This document shows positions 1 through 13,018 of a stretch of 64,000 bases of DNA, piece by piece. The notes beneath the pieces are model-generated. The model was not told where the DNA came from. It saw only the letters and a program-made list of their open reading frames with translations, and searched no databases. The position numbers and the translations under genes are program-made. Every line of letters starts with the position of its first letter. The stretch's first letter is position 1. Location of the stretch: contig OZ024757.1 of the NCBI GenBank assembly GCA_964016885.1, positions 15,748,001 to 15,812,000 on the forward strand. Reading direction: 5' to 3'. The DNA comes from Eledone cirrhosa (taxonomy: Eukaryota).

Positions 1-44
1 CTTTTATAGTTTAAGTGGCTGAGTATTCACAGACAGATATACCG

Positions 45-254
45 TTAACCTTTTAGCATTTAAACCAGCCATATTTGGCCAGAATTCTCTCACTTTTTCC
101 TGTTCAAACCAACCATAACTGACTGCTCATACTATTCATAATATATATCAAAATCTCATAGATCCAATATTATGTGGGATAATTATGTGAGATAAAGTGT
201 ATACCATGAAAATATAGTAGTATATACAGAATAATGTAAATGCTAAAGGGTTTA
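45..254 (-). mobile_element. piggyBac-type MITE (about 210 bp), copy 1
   Basis: Ends TTAACCTTTTAGCATTT ... AAATGCTAAAGGGTTTA form inverted termini with TTAA-like flanks; the body is the reverse complement of the copies at 33945 and 63484. Confidence 0.8.
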
Positions 255-862
255 TGTAATTTAATCTAAAACTAAATCATCGAAATTAATCTGGGCAGGG
301 TTTGAATTCACAATGGAAAGAGATGGAACAAATAACACAAAGCTTTTTGTTAGACGCTCCAACGATTCTTATTTCTCTGTAAAATCTTCTCTGATAATGT
401 AAAAGACAAAATATCTCCATATTTCAGTAGGCGGGTGTTATACTGATGATGAGAAAATAATCTTGATAAGATGCGCTTTTCCAGGGTTTCCCTGTATTTC
501 TAACACCCGAAGGAATATTTCAATGAAGCAACTAAATCTCTCCTTGAGATTTTCTCTGTAAAAATCTTGTATGATAATGTAAAAATAAAATTATCAGAAA
601 GGCAAATGAAATTATGACAGCAGCAGAAAATATAGATATATATTGCTGAGAGATGAGGATTCACATAGAATTATTGGCTTAAAAAATAAAATCTGTGATT
701 GACATAACGCTGACATCATGACAACCTCGTCTCTATAGGCATTTTACTTTGGCTGTTTTAGCTCAACATTTTAAATATAGTTGTTAATACAATTTAATTA
801 AATTTACTGCTTCAATTAATTTTTTATGTTATGAAGACACATCATTATTTTGTTGTATATAA

Positions 863-1669
863 GGGCGGTGGATTGGCAGTATCGGTAGAAGGTCAGACGC
901 CATGCTTTGCAGCAAAGAGTTACAGCTCTTTATGGTCTGAGTTCAAATCCTGCCGAGGTTAACTTTGCCTTTCATCCTTAAGGGGTCGATAAAATAATGT
1001 ACCAGTAATACACTGGGATAATTGCTGGCCTTGTGCCAAAAGTAGAAACAATTATTTAATTGTATATAAGATGTTTAATTGGCATTTAGTTATAGCCCTT
1101 TATGCTCGCAGTTCAAATCCTGCTGAGGTTAGCTTTGCCTTTCATCCTTACGGGGTCGATAAAATAAAGGTACCAGTAATACACTGGGATAATTGCTGGC
1201 CTTGTGCCAAAAGTAGAAACAATTATTTAATTGCATATAAGATGTTTAATTGGTATTTAGTTATAGCCCTTTATGCTCGCAGTTCAAATCCTGCTGAGGT
1301 TAGCTTTGCCTTTCATCCTTACGGGGTCGATAAAATAAAGGTACCAGTAATACACTGGGATAATTGCTGGCCTTGTGCCAAAAGTAGAAACAATTATTTA
1401 ATTGCATATAAGATGTTTAATTGGTATTTAGTTATAGCCCTTTATGCTCGCAGTTCAAATCCTGCTGAGGTTAGCTTTGCCTTTCATCCTTAAGGGGTCG
1501 ATAAAATAAAGGTACCAGTAATACACTGGGATAATTGCTGGCCTTGTGCCAAAAGTAGAAACAATTATTTAATTGCATATAAGATGTTTAATTGGTATTT
1601 AGTTATAGCCCTTTATGCTCGCAGTTCAAATCCTGCTGAGGTTAGCTTTGCCTTTCATCCTTACGGGGT
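863..1669 (+). repeat. tRNA-derived SINE (family A) followed by a 171-bp tandem array made from its body and flank (about 4.3 units)
   Basis: A-box-like TGGCAGTATCGG, B-box GAGTTCAAATC and central GCCTTTCATCCTTACGGGGTCGATAAAATAAAGTACCAG (resembles the Deu/Nin-type SINE domain). AGTTCAAATCC recurs at about 940, 1110, 1281, 1452 and 1623. Confidence 0.9.
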
Positions 1670-1750
1670 GCTGTATTGACATATGGCGCTTCTTGGGCAT
1701 TTTGAACCTGGTGGAGCCCATCCCTCTCCAGGACTGAGTACAGCAGATTT
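1665..1750 (-). other. candidate 86-nt internal exon (unassigned)
   Basis: On the minus strand a long polypyrimidine tract ends in ...CTTTCTCTGGAAG, followed by 86 nt of non-repetitive, GC-richer sequence open in all 3 frames, then GTAAGG. Confidence 0.35.
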
Positions 1751-2027
1751 CTTCCAGAGAAAGATAGAAAGTGAGAGAGAGGAAATGAGAAAGAGATATA
1801 GAGGAAGAATCAACTCTAATCAGACCCTAGACTGGTACTTTTTTTTATCTACCTCGAAAGGATGAAAACCAAAGTTGATATTGGTGGGATTTGAACTCCG
1901 AGAGTAGAGAGCCAGAGTGAACTAACAGCTCTGCCAATTCCCTGCCGTCAACTGTGTGTTAAGTACTGTATATACATGAATATAAGCCGACGAGTATGTG
2001 ACTAAAATAAAAATGAAAGTGGAGATG

Positions 2028-5000
2028 GTGTGTGTGTTCTATGATGTTACAAGACTTGGGGGGGGGGATGAGAAGGTCCTGGCTGTGTGCTATGATGTTA
2101 TAAGACTTGGGGGGCATGAGAAGGTCCTGGGTGTGTGCTATGATGTTACAAGACTTGGGGGGATGAGAAGGTCCTAGATTTGTGCTATGATGTTACAAGA
2201 CTTGGGGTATGAGAATGTCCTAGATCTGTGCTATGATGTTACAAGACTTGGGGGGGATGAGAAGGTCCTGGGTGTGTGCTATGATGTTATAAGACTTGGG
2301 GGGATGAGAAGGTCCTGGGTGTGTGTTATGATGTTACAAGACTTGGGGGCATGAGAAGGTCCTGGGTGTGTGCTATGATGTTACAAGACTTGGGGGCATG
2401 AGAAGGTCCTGGGTGTGTGCTATGATGTTACAAGACTTGGGGGGATGAGAAGGTCCTGGGTGTGTGCTATGATGTTACAAGACTTGGGGGGATGAGAAGG
2501 TCCTGGGTGTGTGCTATGATGTTACAAAACTTGGGGGCATGAGAAGGTCCTGGGTGTGTGCTATGATGTTACAAAACTTGGGGGGGATGAGAAGGTCCTG
2601 GGTGTGTGCTATGATGTTACAAGACTTGGGGGGATGAGAAGGTCCTGGGTGTGTGCTATGATGTTACAAAACTTGGGGGCATGAGAAGGTCCTGGGTGTG
2701 TGCTATGATGTTACAAGACTTGGGGGCATGAGAAGGTCCTGGGTGTGTGCTATGATGTTACAAGACTTGGGGGGATGAGAAGCTCCTGGGTGTGTGCTAT
2801 GATATTACAAGACTTGGGGGGATGAGAAGGTCCTAGATCTGTGCTATGATATTACAAGACTTGGGGGGATGAGAAGGTCCTGGGTGTGTGCTATAATGTT
2901 ACAAGACTTGGGGCCATGAGAAGGTCCTGGGTGTGTGCTATGATGTTACAAGACTTGGGGGGATGAGAAGGTCCTGGGTGTGTGCTATAATGTTACAAGA
3001 CTTGGGGGATGAGAAGGTCCTGGGTGTGTGCTATATTGTTACAAGACTTGGGGCCATGAGAAGGTCCTGGGTGTGTGCTATGATGTTACAAGACTTGGGG
3101 GGATGAGAAGGTCCTGGGTGTGTTCTATGATGTTACAAGACTTGGGGGGATGAGAAGGTCCTGGGTGTGTGCTATGATATTACAAGACTTGGGGGCATGA
3201 GAAGGTCCTGGGTGTGTTCTATGATGTTACAAGACTTGGGGGCATGAGAAGGTCCTGGGTGTGTTCTATGATGTTACAAGACTTGGGGGCATGAGAAGGT
3301 CCTGGGTGTGTTCTATGATGTTACAAGACTTGGGGGGCATAAGAAGGTCCTGGGTGTGTGCTATGATGTTACAAGACTTGGGGGCATGAGAAGGTCCTGG
3401 GTGTGTGCTATAATGTTACAAGACTTGGGGGTATGAGAAGGTCCTGGGTGTGTGCTATGATGTTACAAGAATTGGAGGCATGAGAAGGTCCTGGGTGTGT
3501 GCTATGATGTTACAAGACTTGGGGGCATGAGAAGGTCCTGGGTGTGTGCTATAATGTTACAAGACTTGGGGGATGAGAAGGTCCTGGGTGTGTGTTATGA
3601 TGTTACAAGACTTGGGGGCATGAGAAGGTCCTGGGTGTGTTCTATGATGTTACAAGACTTGGGGGGGATGAGAAGGTCCTGGGTGTGTTCTATGATGTTA
3701 CAAGACTTGGGGGGCATAAGAAGGTCCTGGGTGTGTGCTATGATGTTACAAGACTTGGGGGCATGAGAAGGTCCTGGGTGTGTGCTATGATGTTACAAGA
3801 CTTGGGGGCACAAGAAGGTCCTGGGTGTGTGCTATGATGTTACAAGACTTGGGGGCATGAGAAGGTCCTGGGTGTGTTCTATGATGTTACAAGACTTGGG
3901 GGCACGAGAAGGTCCTGGGTGTGTGCTATGATGTTACAAGACTTGGGGGGATGAGAAGGACCTGGGTGTGTGCTATAATGTTACAAGACTTGGGGGCATG
4001 AGAAGGTCCTGGGTGTGTTCTATGATGTTACAAGACTTGGGGGCACGAGAAGGTCCTGGGTGTGTGCTATGATGTTACAAGACTTGGGGGGATGAGAAGG
4101 TCCTGGGTATGTGCTATAATGTTACAAGACTTGGGGGGATGAGAAGGTCCTGGGTGTGTGCTATGATGTTACAAGACTTGGGGGGATGAGAAGGTCCTGG
4201 GTGTGTGCTATGATGTTACAAGACTTGGGGGCACGAGAAGGTCCTGGGTGTGTGCTATGATGTTACAAGACTTGGGGGCATGAGAAGGTCCTGGGTGTGT
4301 GCTATGATGTTACAAGACTTGGGGGCACAAGAAGGTCCTGGGTGTGTGCTATGATGTTACAAGACTTGGGGGCATGAGAAGGTCCTGGGTGTGTTCTATG
4401 ATGTTACAAGACTTGGGGGCACGAGAAGGTCCTGGGTGTGTGCTATGATGTTACAAGACTTGGGGGCATGAGAATGTCCTTGGTGTGTGCTATGATATTA
4501 CAAGACTTGGGGGCATGAGAAGGTCCTGGGTGTGTGCTATGATGTTACAAGACTTGGGGCCATGAGAAGGTCCTGGGTGAGTGCTATAATGTTACAAGAC
4601 ATGGGGGCATGAGAAGGTCCTGGGTGTGTGCTATAATGTTACAAGCCTTGGGGGCATGGAAGGTCCTGGGTGTGTTCTATGATGTTACAAGACTTGGGGG
4701 CATGAGAATGTCCTGGGTGTGTTCTATAATGTTACAAGACTTGGGGGCATGAGAATGTCCTGGGTGTGTTCTATAATGTTACAAGCCTTGGGGGCATGAG
4801 AATGTCCTGGGTGTGTGCTATGATGTTACAAGACTTGAGGGCATGAGAATGTCCTGGGTGTGTGCTATAATGTTACAAGACTTGGGGGGCATGAAAGGTC
4901 CTGGGTGAGTGCTATGATGTTACAAGACTTGGGGGCATGAGAAGGTCCTGGGTGTGTGCTATGATGTTACAAGACTTGGGGGCATAAGAAGGTCCTGGGT

Positions 5001-7643
5001 GTGGGCTATAATGTTACAAGACTTGGGGGCATGAGAATGTCCTGGGTCTGTGCTATGATGTTACAAGTCTTGGGGGCATGAAAAGGTCGTGGGTGTGTGC
5101 TATAATGTTACAAGACTTGGGGGCACGAGAAGGTCCTGGGTGTGTTCTATGATGTTACAAGACTTGGGGGCATGAGAAGGTCCTGGGTGTGTGCTATAAT
5201 GTTACAAGACCTGGGGGCATGAGAATGTCCTGGGTCTGTGCTATGATGTTACAAGACTTGGGGGCATGAGAAGGTCCTGGGTGTGTGCTATGATGTTACA
5301 AGAATTGGGGGCATGAGAAGGTCCTGGGTGTGTGCTATGATGTTACAAGACTTGGGGGCATGGGAAGGTCCTGGGTGTGTTCTATAATGTTACAAGACTT
5401 GGGGGGCATAAGAAGGTCCTGGGTGTGTGCTATGATGTTACAAGACTTGGGGGGCATGAGAAGGTCCTGAGTGTGTGCTATGATGTTACAAGACTTGGGG
5501 GGAATGAGAAGGTCCTGGGTGAGTGCTATGATGTTACAAGACTTGGGGCATGAGAAGGTCCTGGGTGTGTGCTATGATGTTACAAGACTTGGGGGGCATG
5601 AGAAGGTCCTGGCTGTGTGCTATGATGTTACAAGACTTGGGGGCATGAGAAGGTCCTGGGTGTGTTCTATGATGTTACAAGACTTGGGGGGCATGAGAAG
5701 GTCCTGGGTGTGTTCTATGATGTTACAAGTCTTGGGGGGCATGAGAAGGTCCTGGGTGTGTGCTATAATGTTACAAGACTTGGGGGCATGAGAAGGTCCT
5801 GGGTGTGTGCTATAATGTTACAAGACTTGGGGCATGAAAATGTCCTGGGTGTGTGCTATGATGTTACAAGACTTGGGGGCATGAGAAGGTCCTGGGTGAG
5901 TGCTATAATGTTACAAGACTTGGGGGCATGGGAAGGTCCTGGGTGAGTGATATGATGTTACAAGACTTGGGGGCATGAGAAGGTCCTGGGTGTGTGCTAT
6001 AATGTTACAAGCCTTGGGGGTATGCTAAGGTCCTGGGTGTGTGCTATAATGTTACAAGACTTGGGGGCATGAAAATGTCCTGGGTGTGTGCTATGATGTT
6101 ACAAGACTTGGGGGCATGGGAAGGTCCTGGGTGAGTGCTATGATGTTACAAGACTTGGGGGCATGAGAAGGTCCTGGGTGTGTGCTATAATGTTACAAGT
6201 CTTGGGGCCATGAGAAGATCCTGGGTGTGTTCTATAATGTTACAAGACTTGGGGGCACGAGAAGGTCCTGGGTGTGTTCTATAATGTTAAAAGCCTTGGG
6301 GGTATGTGAAGGTCCTGGGTGTGTTCTATCATGTTACAAGACTTGGGGGCATGGGAAGGTCCTGGGTGTGTGCTATGATGTTACAAGACTTGGGGGCATG
6401 AGAAGGTCCTGGGTGTGTGCTATAATATTACAAGACTTGGGGGCATGAGAAAGGTCCTGGGTGTGTGCTATGATGTTACAAGACTTGGGGGCATGAAAAT
6501 GTCCTGGGTGTGTGCTATGATGTTACAAGACTTGGGGGCATGAGAAGGTCCTGGGTGTGTGCTATAATGTTACAAGCCTTGGGGGCATGAGAAGGTCCTG
6601 GGTGTGTGCTATAATGTTACAAGACTTGGGGGCATGAGAAGGTCCTCGGTGTGTGCTATAATGTTACAAGCCTTGGGGGCATGAGAAGGTCCTGGGGTGT
6701 GCTATGATGTTACAAGACTTGGGGGCATGAGAAAGGTCCTGGGTGAGTGCTATGATGTAACAAGACTTGGGGGGATGAGAAGGTCCTGGGTGTGTGCTAA
6801 GATATTACAAAACTTGGGGGCATGAGAAGGTCCTGGGTCTGTGCTAAGATATTACAAAACTTGGGGGCATGAGAAGGTCCTGGGTGTGTGCTATGATGTT
6901 ACAAGACTTGGGGGGATGAGAAGGTCCTGGGTGAGTGCTATAATGTTACAAGACTTGGGGGCATGAGAAGGTCCTGGGTGAGTGCTAAGATGTTACAAGA
7001 CTTGGGGGTGGGATGAGAAGGTCCTGGGTGTGTGCTATGATGTTACAAGACTTGGGGGGATGAGAAGGTCCTGGGTGAGTGCTAAGATGTTACAAGACTT
7101 GGGGCATGAGAAGGTCCTGGGTGTGTGCTATGATGTTACAAGACTTGGGGGCATGAGAAGGTCCTGGGTGAGTGCTATGATGTTACAAGACTTGGGGGGA
7201 TGAGAAGGTCCTGGGTGAGTGCTATAATGTTACAAGACTTGGGGGCATGAGAAGGTCCTGGGTGTGTGCTATAATGTTACAAGACTTGGGGGGATGAGAA
7301 GGTCCTGGGTGTGTGCTATGATGTTACAAGACTTGGGGGGATGAGAAGGTCCTGGGGTGTGCTATGATGTTACAAGACCTGGGGGGATGAGAAGGTCCTG
7401 GGGTGTGTGCTATGATGTTACAAGACTTGGGGGGATGAGAAGGTCCTAGGGTGTGCTATGATGTTACAAGACTTGGGGGGATGAGAAGGTCCTGGGGTGT
7501 GCTATGATGTTACAAGACTTGGGGGGATGAGAAGGTCCTGGGGTGTGCTATGATGTTACAAGACTTGGGGGGATGAGAAGGTCCTGGGGTGTGCTATGAT
7601 GTTACAAGACTTGGGGGAATGAGAAGGTCCTGGGGTGTGCTAA
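2028..7643. repeat. 47-bp minisatellite, about 5.6 kb (about 119 units)
   Basis: Unit GAGAAGGTCCTGGGTGTGTGCTATGATGTTACAAGACTTGGGGGCAT with variable G-run length. Confidence 0.97.
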
Positions 7644-7694
7644 GTATGTTGTTTTGGGACATGGAGAATAAATTCCAGTTTGATGTTGACTGTG

Positions 7695-8432
7695 CATCAT
7701 CATCACCACCATCATCATTATTATCATCATAACCACCATCATCATCATCACTACAACCATTATCACCATCATCACCATCATCATCATCATCACCACCATT
7801 ATTATCACAACCATTATCACCAGCAGTATCATCATCACCACCCCAACCACCATGATTACCACCACCACCATCATCATCACCATTACCACCACCACCATCA
7901 TTCACCATCAACACCACCACCACTATCATGCCTCCTCCCCTCCTCCACCATCATCATCGCCGTCAACAACAACAACAACCATACCCTCCGCCATCACACC
8001 TCCTCCTCTCCACCCTCCACCATCATGCATCCTCCCCGCCACCACCACACCACCTCCCCACCATCACCATCAACACAACAACCACCATGACCTCCGCCAT
8101 CACATCTCCTCCTCTCCACCCCCCACCATCACACCTCTTCCCCTCCACACCACCTCCCCACCATCACCATCAACAACAACCACCATGACCTCCGCCATCG
8201 CACCTCCTCCTCTCCACCACCACCCACGTGTCCTCCACCACCACCACCACACCACCTCCCCACCATCACCATCAACAACAACCACCATGACCTCCGCCAT
8301 CGCACCTCCTCCTCTCCACCGCCACCCATGTGTCCTCCACCACCACCATCGCACCCCTCCTCTCCACCACCACCACCCTCTCCACCACCACCCTCTCCAC
8401 CACCATCCTCTCCACCACCACCACCATCATCA
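7695..8432. repeat. (CAT/CAC/CCT)n low-complexity trinucleotide tract
   Basis: Degenerate CAT/CAC repeats with internal duplications of about 100 bp. Confidence 0.9.
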
Positions 8433-8473
8433 GTAACAGGTCTATTGTATACAACAGATCAATGTGGTGTAAA

Positions 8474-8592
8474 TAATTGTTTCTACTATTGGCACAAGGC
8501 CAGCAATTACCCAGTACATTACTGGTACTTTATTTTATCGACCCCGTAAGGATGAAAGGCAAAGTCAACCTCGGCGGGATTTGAACTCAGAT
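8474..8592 (-). mobile_element. SINE family A, 5'-truncated
   Basis: Reverse complement of the family A body and 3' end (TTGTTTCTACT...GGCACAAGGCCAGCAATT...GATTTGAACTCAGA). Confidence 0.85.
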
Positions 8593-8764
8593 CGTCCGAC
8601 CCTCATCCTCTAATATATTTACTTCATCTAATTTCACTCATTAAGCCCTCCTCTTCTTCCCTAATTAACTTAATTATCAAACACTATTTCACACTGAGGA
8701 AACCATACAACCTCTACACACACACACTCTCTCTCTTTCTCTCTCTAGATCTCTCCTTGGTTGC

Positions 8765-9735
8765 TTTGACTTGCTTGAAATGAAATAGCAGCCAAATCTT
8801 CCCTCATTTACAGAGAATTGTCAAGGTCGTTAGGGCATGTTGACTTGCCTGAAATAGCAGTCAAATCTTCCCTCATTGATGGTGAATTGATGGTGAATTG
8901 GCAGAGTTGTTAGGTCATGTTGACTTGCCTGAAATAGCAGTCAAATCTTCCCTCATTGGTGGTGAATTGGTCAAGTTATTAAGGCATCTTGACTTGGTAG
9001 AAATAACAGCCAAATCTTCCCTCATTGGTGGTAAATTGGCAGAGTTGTTAGGCCATCAGGACTTGCCTGAAATAGCAGCCAAATCTTCCCTCATTGATGG
9101 TGAATTCGCACAGTTGTTAGGCCATCTTGACTTGCCTGAAATAGCAGTCGAATCTTTCCTCCCTTATAGGTGGCAAACTGGAAATGTCATTAGGGAGTTT
9201 AGATGTGCTCAAAATAGCAGCCAAATGATCCCTCATTTGGTGGTGAATTGGTAGGGATTTTAGGGCATCTTGACTTGCCTGAAATAGCAGCCAAATCTTC
9301 CCTCATTGGCAGAGTTATTAACGCATCTTGACTAGTTAGAAATAGCAGCCAAATCTTCCCTCATTGGCAATGAATTGGCAACAGAAGAGGTGACTGCATT
9401 GGTACAGATGTGATGTGCATGGCTGATGATAACTGGGTGAAGACCTGCCAGGAAATCCCAGTGGAAGAAAGCTGTAGTAGAGGTAGACCAAGAAAGACAT
9501 GTGATGAGAGCTGATCTCAAATGGCTGAGACTCATAGAGGAGATGATGAAGGAACATAGTGAGTGGAGAGATGCTGTGCTGAAAAGTACCTATCGAACCC
9601 ATGCTAGCATGGAACAATGGACATATGATGATGATGATGATGTTAGGGAAGTCACAGACTTTTTACGGCATCTTGACTTGCATGAAATAGCAACCAAATC
9701 TTTCCTCCATCAGAATTGGCAAAGTCATTAGGGTA
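8765..9735. repeat. diverged 69-bp minisatellite interrupted by an RTE LINE fragment
   Basis: Unit TTGACTTGCCTGAAATAGCAGCCAAATCTTCCCTCATTGGTGGTGAATTGGCAGAGTTGTTAGGGCATC; the 23-aa periodicity of ORF 8898-9254 matches. Confidence 0.9.
9385..9641 (+). mobile_element. RTE-clade LINE 3' end (degenerate)
   Basis: Encodes LHWY...VMCM...SRGRPRKT / MRADLKWLRL..EMMKEHSEWRDAVL with frameshifts; tail CCATGCTAGCATGG...(GAT)n. Confidence 0.85.
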
Positions 9736-10521
9736 TTGGACTCTCTAGTTTAGGAGTCCGAATCTCTCTAAAGTCAATTTTACATTTGATCCTTTCATAT
9801 AATAAACACCTGAAAATAAACAGGTATGTTTCACCAACCTAGTGTAATTTCCAGGTGGCTTGATAGCAAAAGAGTAAAGTTAATTTTAATGTATTTATTT
9901 ATCTAAAAAACTTTATCATAACTTTACATAAGAACCTTTGTTAAGTAATGTTCCAGGTTCCATGAAATCTGAAACCACTCTTGTTTCTATGTTATAAAAC
10001 TATTTTTTAAAGTATTTATATTTATCTAAAAATCTTCCATCATAATTTTATGTAAGAACATTTAAGTTATGTTCCAGATACGAAACTGACTGAAACCACA
10101 CTTGGTTCTATGATTCAAAACTGCTTGTTTAAAATTACTAGCAGAAAAACCACCCTTGGGATGGTTTTCTGCTAGCATGTGTATATTGATATTATATGCC
10201 TATATATATATACATGAAGATATGATACATCAAATAAAATCGTATATAATACATAGAAATTGAACGAAGACTGCGTTACACTGTCTTATTTAATCAGTAA
10301 CGTAATCCATGATACATTAAAAAAGACGATATTATATATAAACTGCAGTAGGAGAAAATTAGTGACAGAAAATTAGTATGTTTATTTAAGCGATGGCCAA
10401 CCGGAAGTGTTGACATTTGAGAAATTTTAAAGAAGTGAATCTTTAAATAAACAAAATATATTTAATCAACAGCCATGAAATTTAGTAGATAAATTATGTA
10501 ATATCCATTCATTATTTACTC

Positions 10522-10712
10522 GGGTGGTGAATTGGCAGTATCGGTAGAGGGTCGGACGCCATGCTTTGATGCATTGAGTTACGGCCCTTTCCATTCTGAG
10601 TTCAAATCCCGCCGAGGTCAACTTTGCCTTTCATCCTTACGGGGTCGATAAAATAAAGTACCAGTAATGTACTGAGAAATTGCTGGCCTTGTGCCAAAAG
10701 TAGAAACAATTA
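10522..10712 (+). mobile_element. SINE family A, full length
   Basis: A and B boxes, central domain and the 3' end GGCCTTGTGCCAAAAGTAGAAACAATTATT. Confidence 0.9.
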
Positions 10713-10861
10713 TTTATTCAAAGTAATCCAACTTATTTTACTAATGGGATAAAAAATTATAAACCGTACGCAGTCCCGCGCTCCTTACTTTATTATAGTT
10801 TAGATTTATGTATATCTAAAAACTTTCCATCATAATTTTAAATGAGAACCGTTGTTAAGTT

Positions 10862-11062
10862 ATGGGGGCAGAGTCCTCAAACACTCCTTACAGTAGGTCC
10901 TGTCAGAAGCAACCATCTCTAAGTGATCCGGCTGGATCTCCAAGCAAGACTAGCCAAGCACACATGGATGTTATGCAGCTATCTTGCTTGGGTCTCCTGC
11001 CGGATGGTTTTACCTGAGACATTTTAACCACATGTCCATAATATAAGAGCTGTGATCTCTCA
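10862..11062 (-). mobile_element. RTE (Expander/Rex3-like) LINE 3' fragment
   Basis: Homologous to 27720-27975 (AGAGTCCTCAAACACTC...GTCAGAAGCAACC...GGCTGGAT...AGCCAAGC). Confidence 0.7.
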
Positions 11063-11629
11063 ACTTGGAAATCTGTTTGTTTAAAAAGAGAAGCCGTTTG
11101 TTTAAAAATATTTATATTTATCTAAAATTATTCCATCATAAGAGTACAAACCTTTGTTAAGTTATGTTCCAAACACCAGCATAGTGAGAAAGTAAATTAA
11201 CTTTATGAATAAACACCTCAAAATTCTAGCTATTTTTCAAAATTAGAGGCAAAGTGTTTTATTAGAATTACAGTAATGAAATGTTGAACTACATAACAGT
11301 ATGTTAGGTCAGATGGAGAGGAAAATATTGGTTGTTCTCTAGCCGAACACACATACACAGGCAATGTTTCTAGGAAGAAAAATATATACACATGTGTGTG
11401 TGTGTATACATAGACACAAACTGATAAACAGATACAAGTGTGTGTGTGTGTGTACATTCAGACACAAACATGCACATATACACACACAGATAGTCATATT
11501 CAGACATACACACATACACACGACGACACATACAAACAGACACATATGCAAACATAGACACATACGAACACAGTTTCAGTGATGTAATCACACACACATC
11601 ACAGAGTGACAAAGTGACATACATTTGCA

Positions 11630-11685
<56 letters not shown>

Positions 11686-11714
11686 TGCATACACATTATA
11701 TATATATATACATA

Positions 11715-11760
<46 letters not shown>

Positions 11761-11954
11761 CACACATACCTGCTCTGCATATATATATATTTATATATAT
11801 ATATATATACACACATACCTGCTCTGCATACATACATAATAAGTACATAGATACACACATACATACATACATATGTACATACATATATAGATACGTACAT
11901 ATATACATACATACATAGTCTTGAACACAACATTTTATCTAAAACAAAATTATA

Positions 11955-12007
11955 TCACGTGAATCAGTGATCACATGACAGGGGAGTGGGGGGGGGAGTG
12001 AGGAATT
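11955..12007. promoter_or_regulatory. candidate E-box + M-box + GAGGAA module, copy 1
   Basis: TCACGTGA-N8-TCACATGA-N21-GAGGAATT; the same layout occurs at 27525. Confidence 0.35.
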
Positions 12008-12189
12008 CTGGGAAGGCAGATATATATTCAGAACAGAATTTACTTTTGAGAGTGAATGCGTACGTAGGTGTGTGTTGTTCAGTCTATGTGTACGTATATG
12101 TGTATTTGTCTGTGTGTGTGAGTGTGCCAGTGTGTCAGTGAGTGTCTGTGTTTGTATGATGCATACATTTGTGTATATGTATATATATA

Positions 12190-12231
<42 letters not shown>

Positions 12232-13018
12232 TTATGTATATGTAAATGTGTCTGTATATATATATATGAATGTATGGGTTTATACATATATTGGTATATG
12301 AGTGTGTATATATGTACATTGATGCATGTGTTGTGTTTGTGCATAAGTACGCTTTTATGGGCATAGAAATGTGTACATCTGTGTGCGTATGTGTGTGTTT
12401 TTGTGTGAGTGTGTGTTTGTGTGTGTGTGTTTCTGTGTGTGTTTCTCTGTGTGTGTGTGCGTTTCTGTCTGTGTATGTGTGTGTGTTTCTGTGTGTGTGT
12501 GTGTGTGTTTCTGTGTGTGTGTGTGTGTGTTTCTGTGCGTGTGTGTGTGTGTTTCTGTGTGTGTTTCTGTGTGTGTGTGTGTGTGTGTGTGTTTCTGTGT
12601 GCATGTATGTGTGTGTGTTTCTGTCTGCATGTGTGTGTGTGTGTGTGTGATTCTGTGTGTGTGTGTATGTGTATAGAATGTGTTCGTGACCATGCATGCT
12701 GTTTGTACCTGTTTACCGAGATGGAAGTGTGCAGCGTGTTGACTGATTGTCGCTTGTTGGTGTATATATACACACAACACTGTGCATATTGCAGCATGTG
12801 TGTACGTATTTTATAGACATATTAGACATATGTGTGTATAAATATATACATAAACAAACATACACACGTAGATACACACACACATACACACATACACATA
12901 CACACACGCACACACATATATATATATATATAGGTACGTTATTCCGGGTTGAATCGGAGGTAACCACAGTAAGTAAGGTACTCAATACATAGCAGAGTAT
13001 AAAAGTTTTAATATAGAT

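Larger units (their letters stand above)
9885..11175. repeat. local AT-rich repeat of about 125 bp (4 dispersed copies near 9890, 10010, 10800 and 11100)
   Basis: Recurrent TATTTATCTAAAAA.CTT.CCATCATAA...GAAC..TTGTTAAGTTATGTTCCA; the third copy is interrupted by an RTE fragment. Confidence 0.7.

Noticed and set aside
340-720. Minus-strand hydrophobic reading (ISIFSAAVIISFAFLIILFL)
   Set aside because: Short, bounded by stops, no start or splice support; expected from T-rich DNA.
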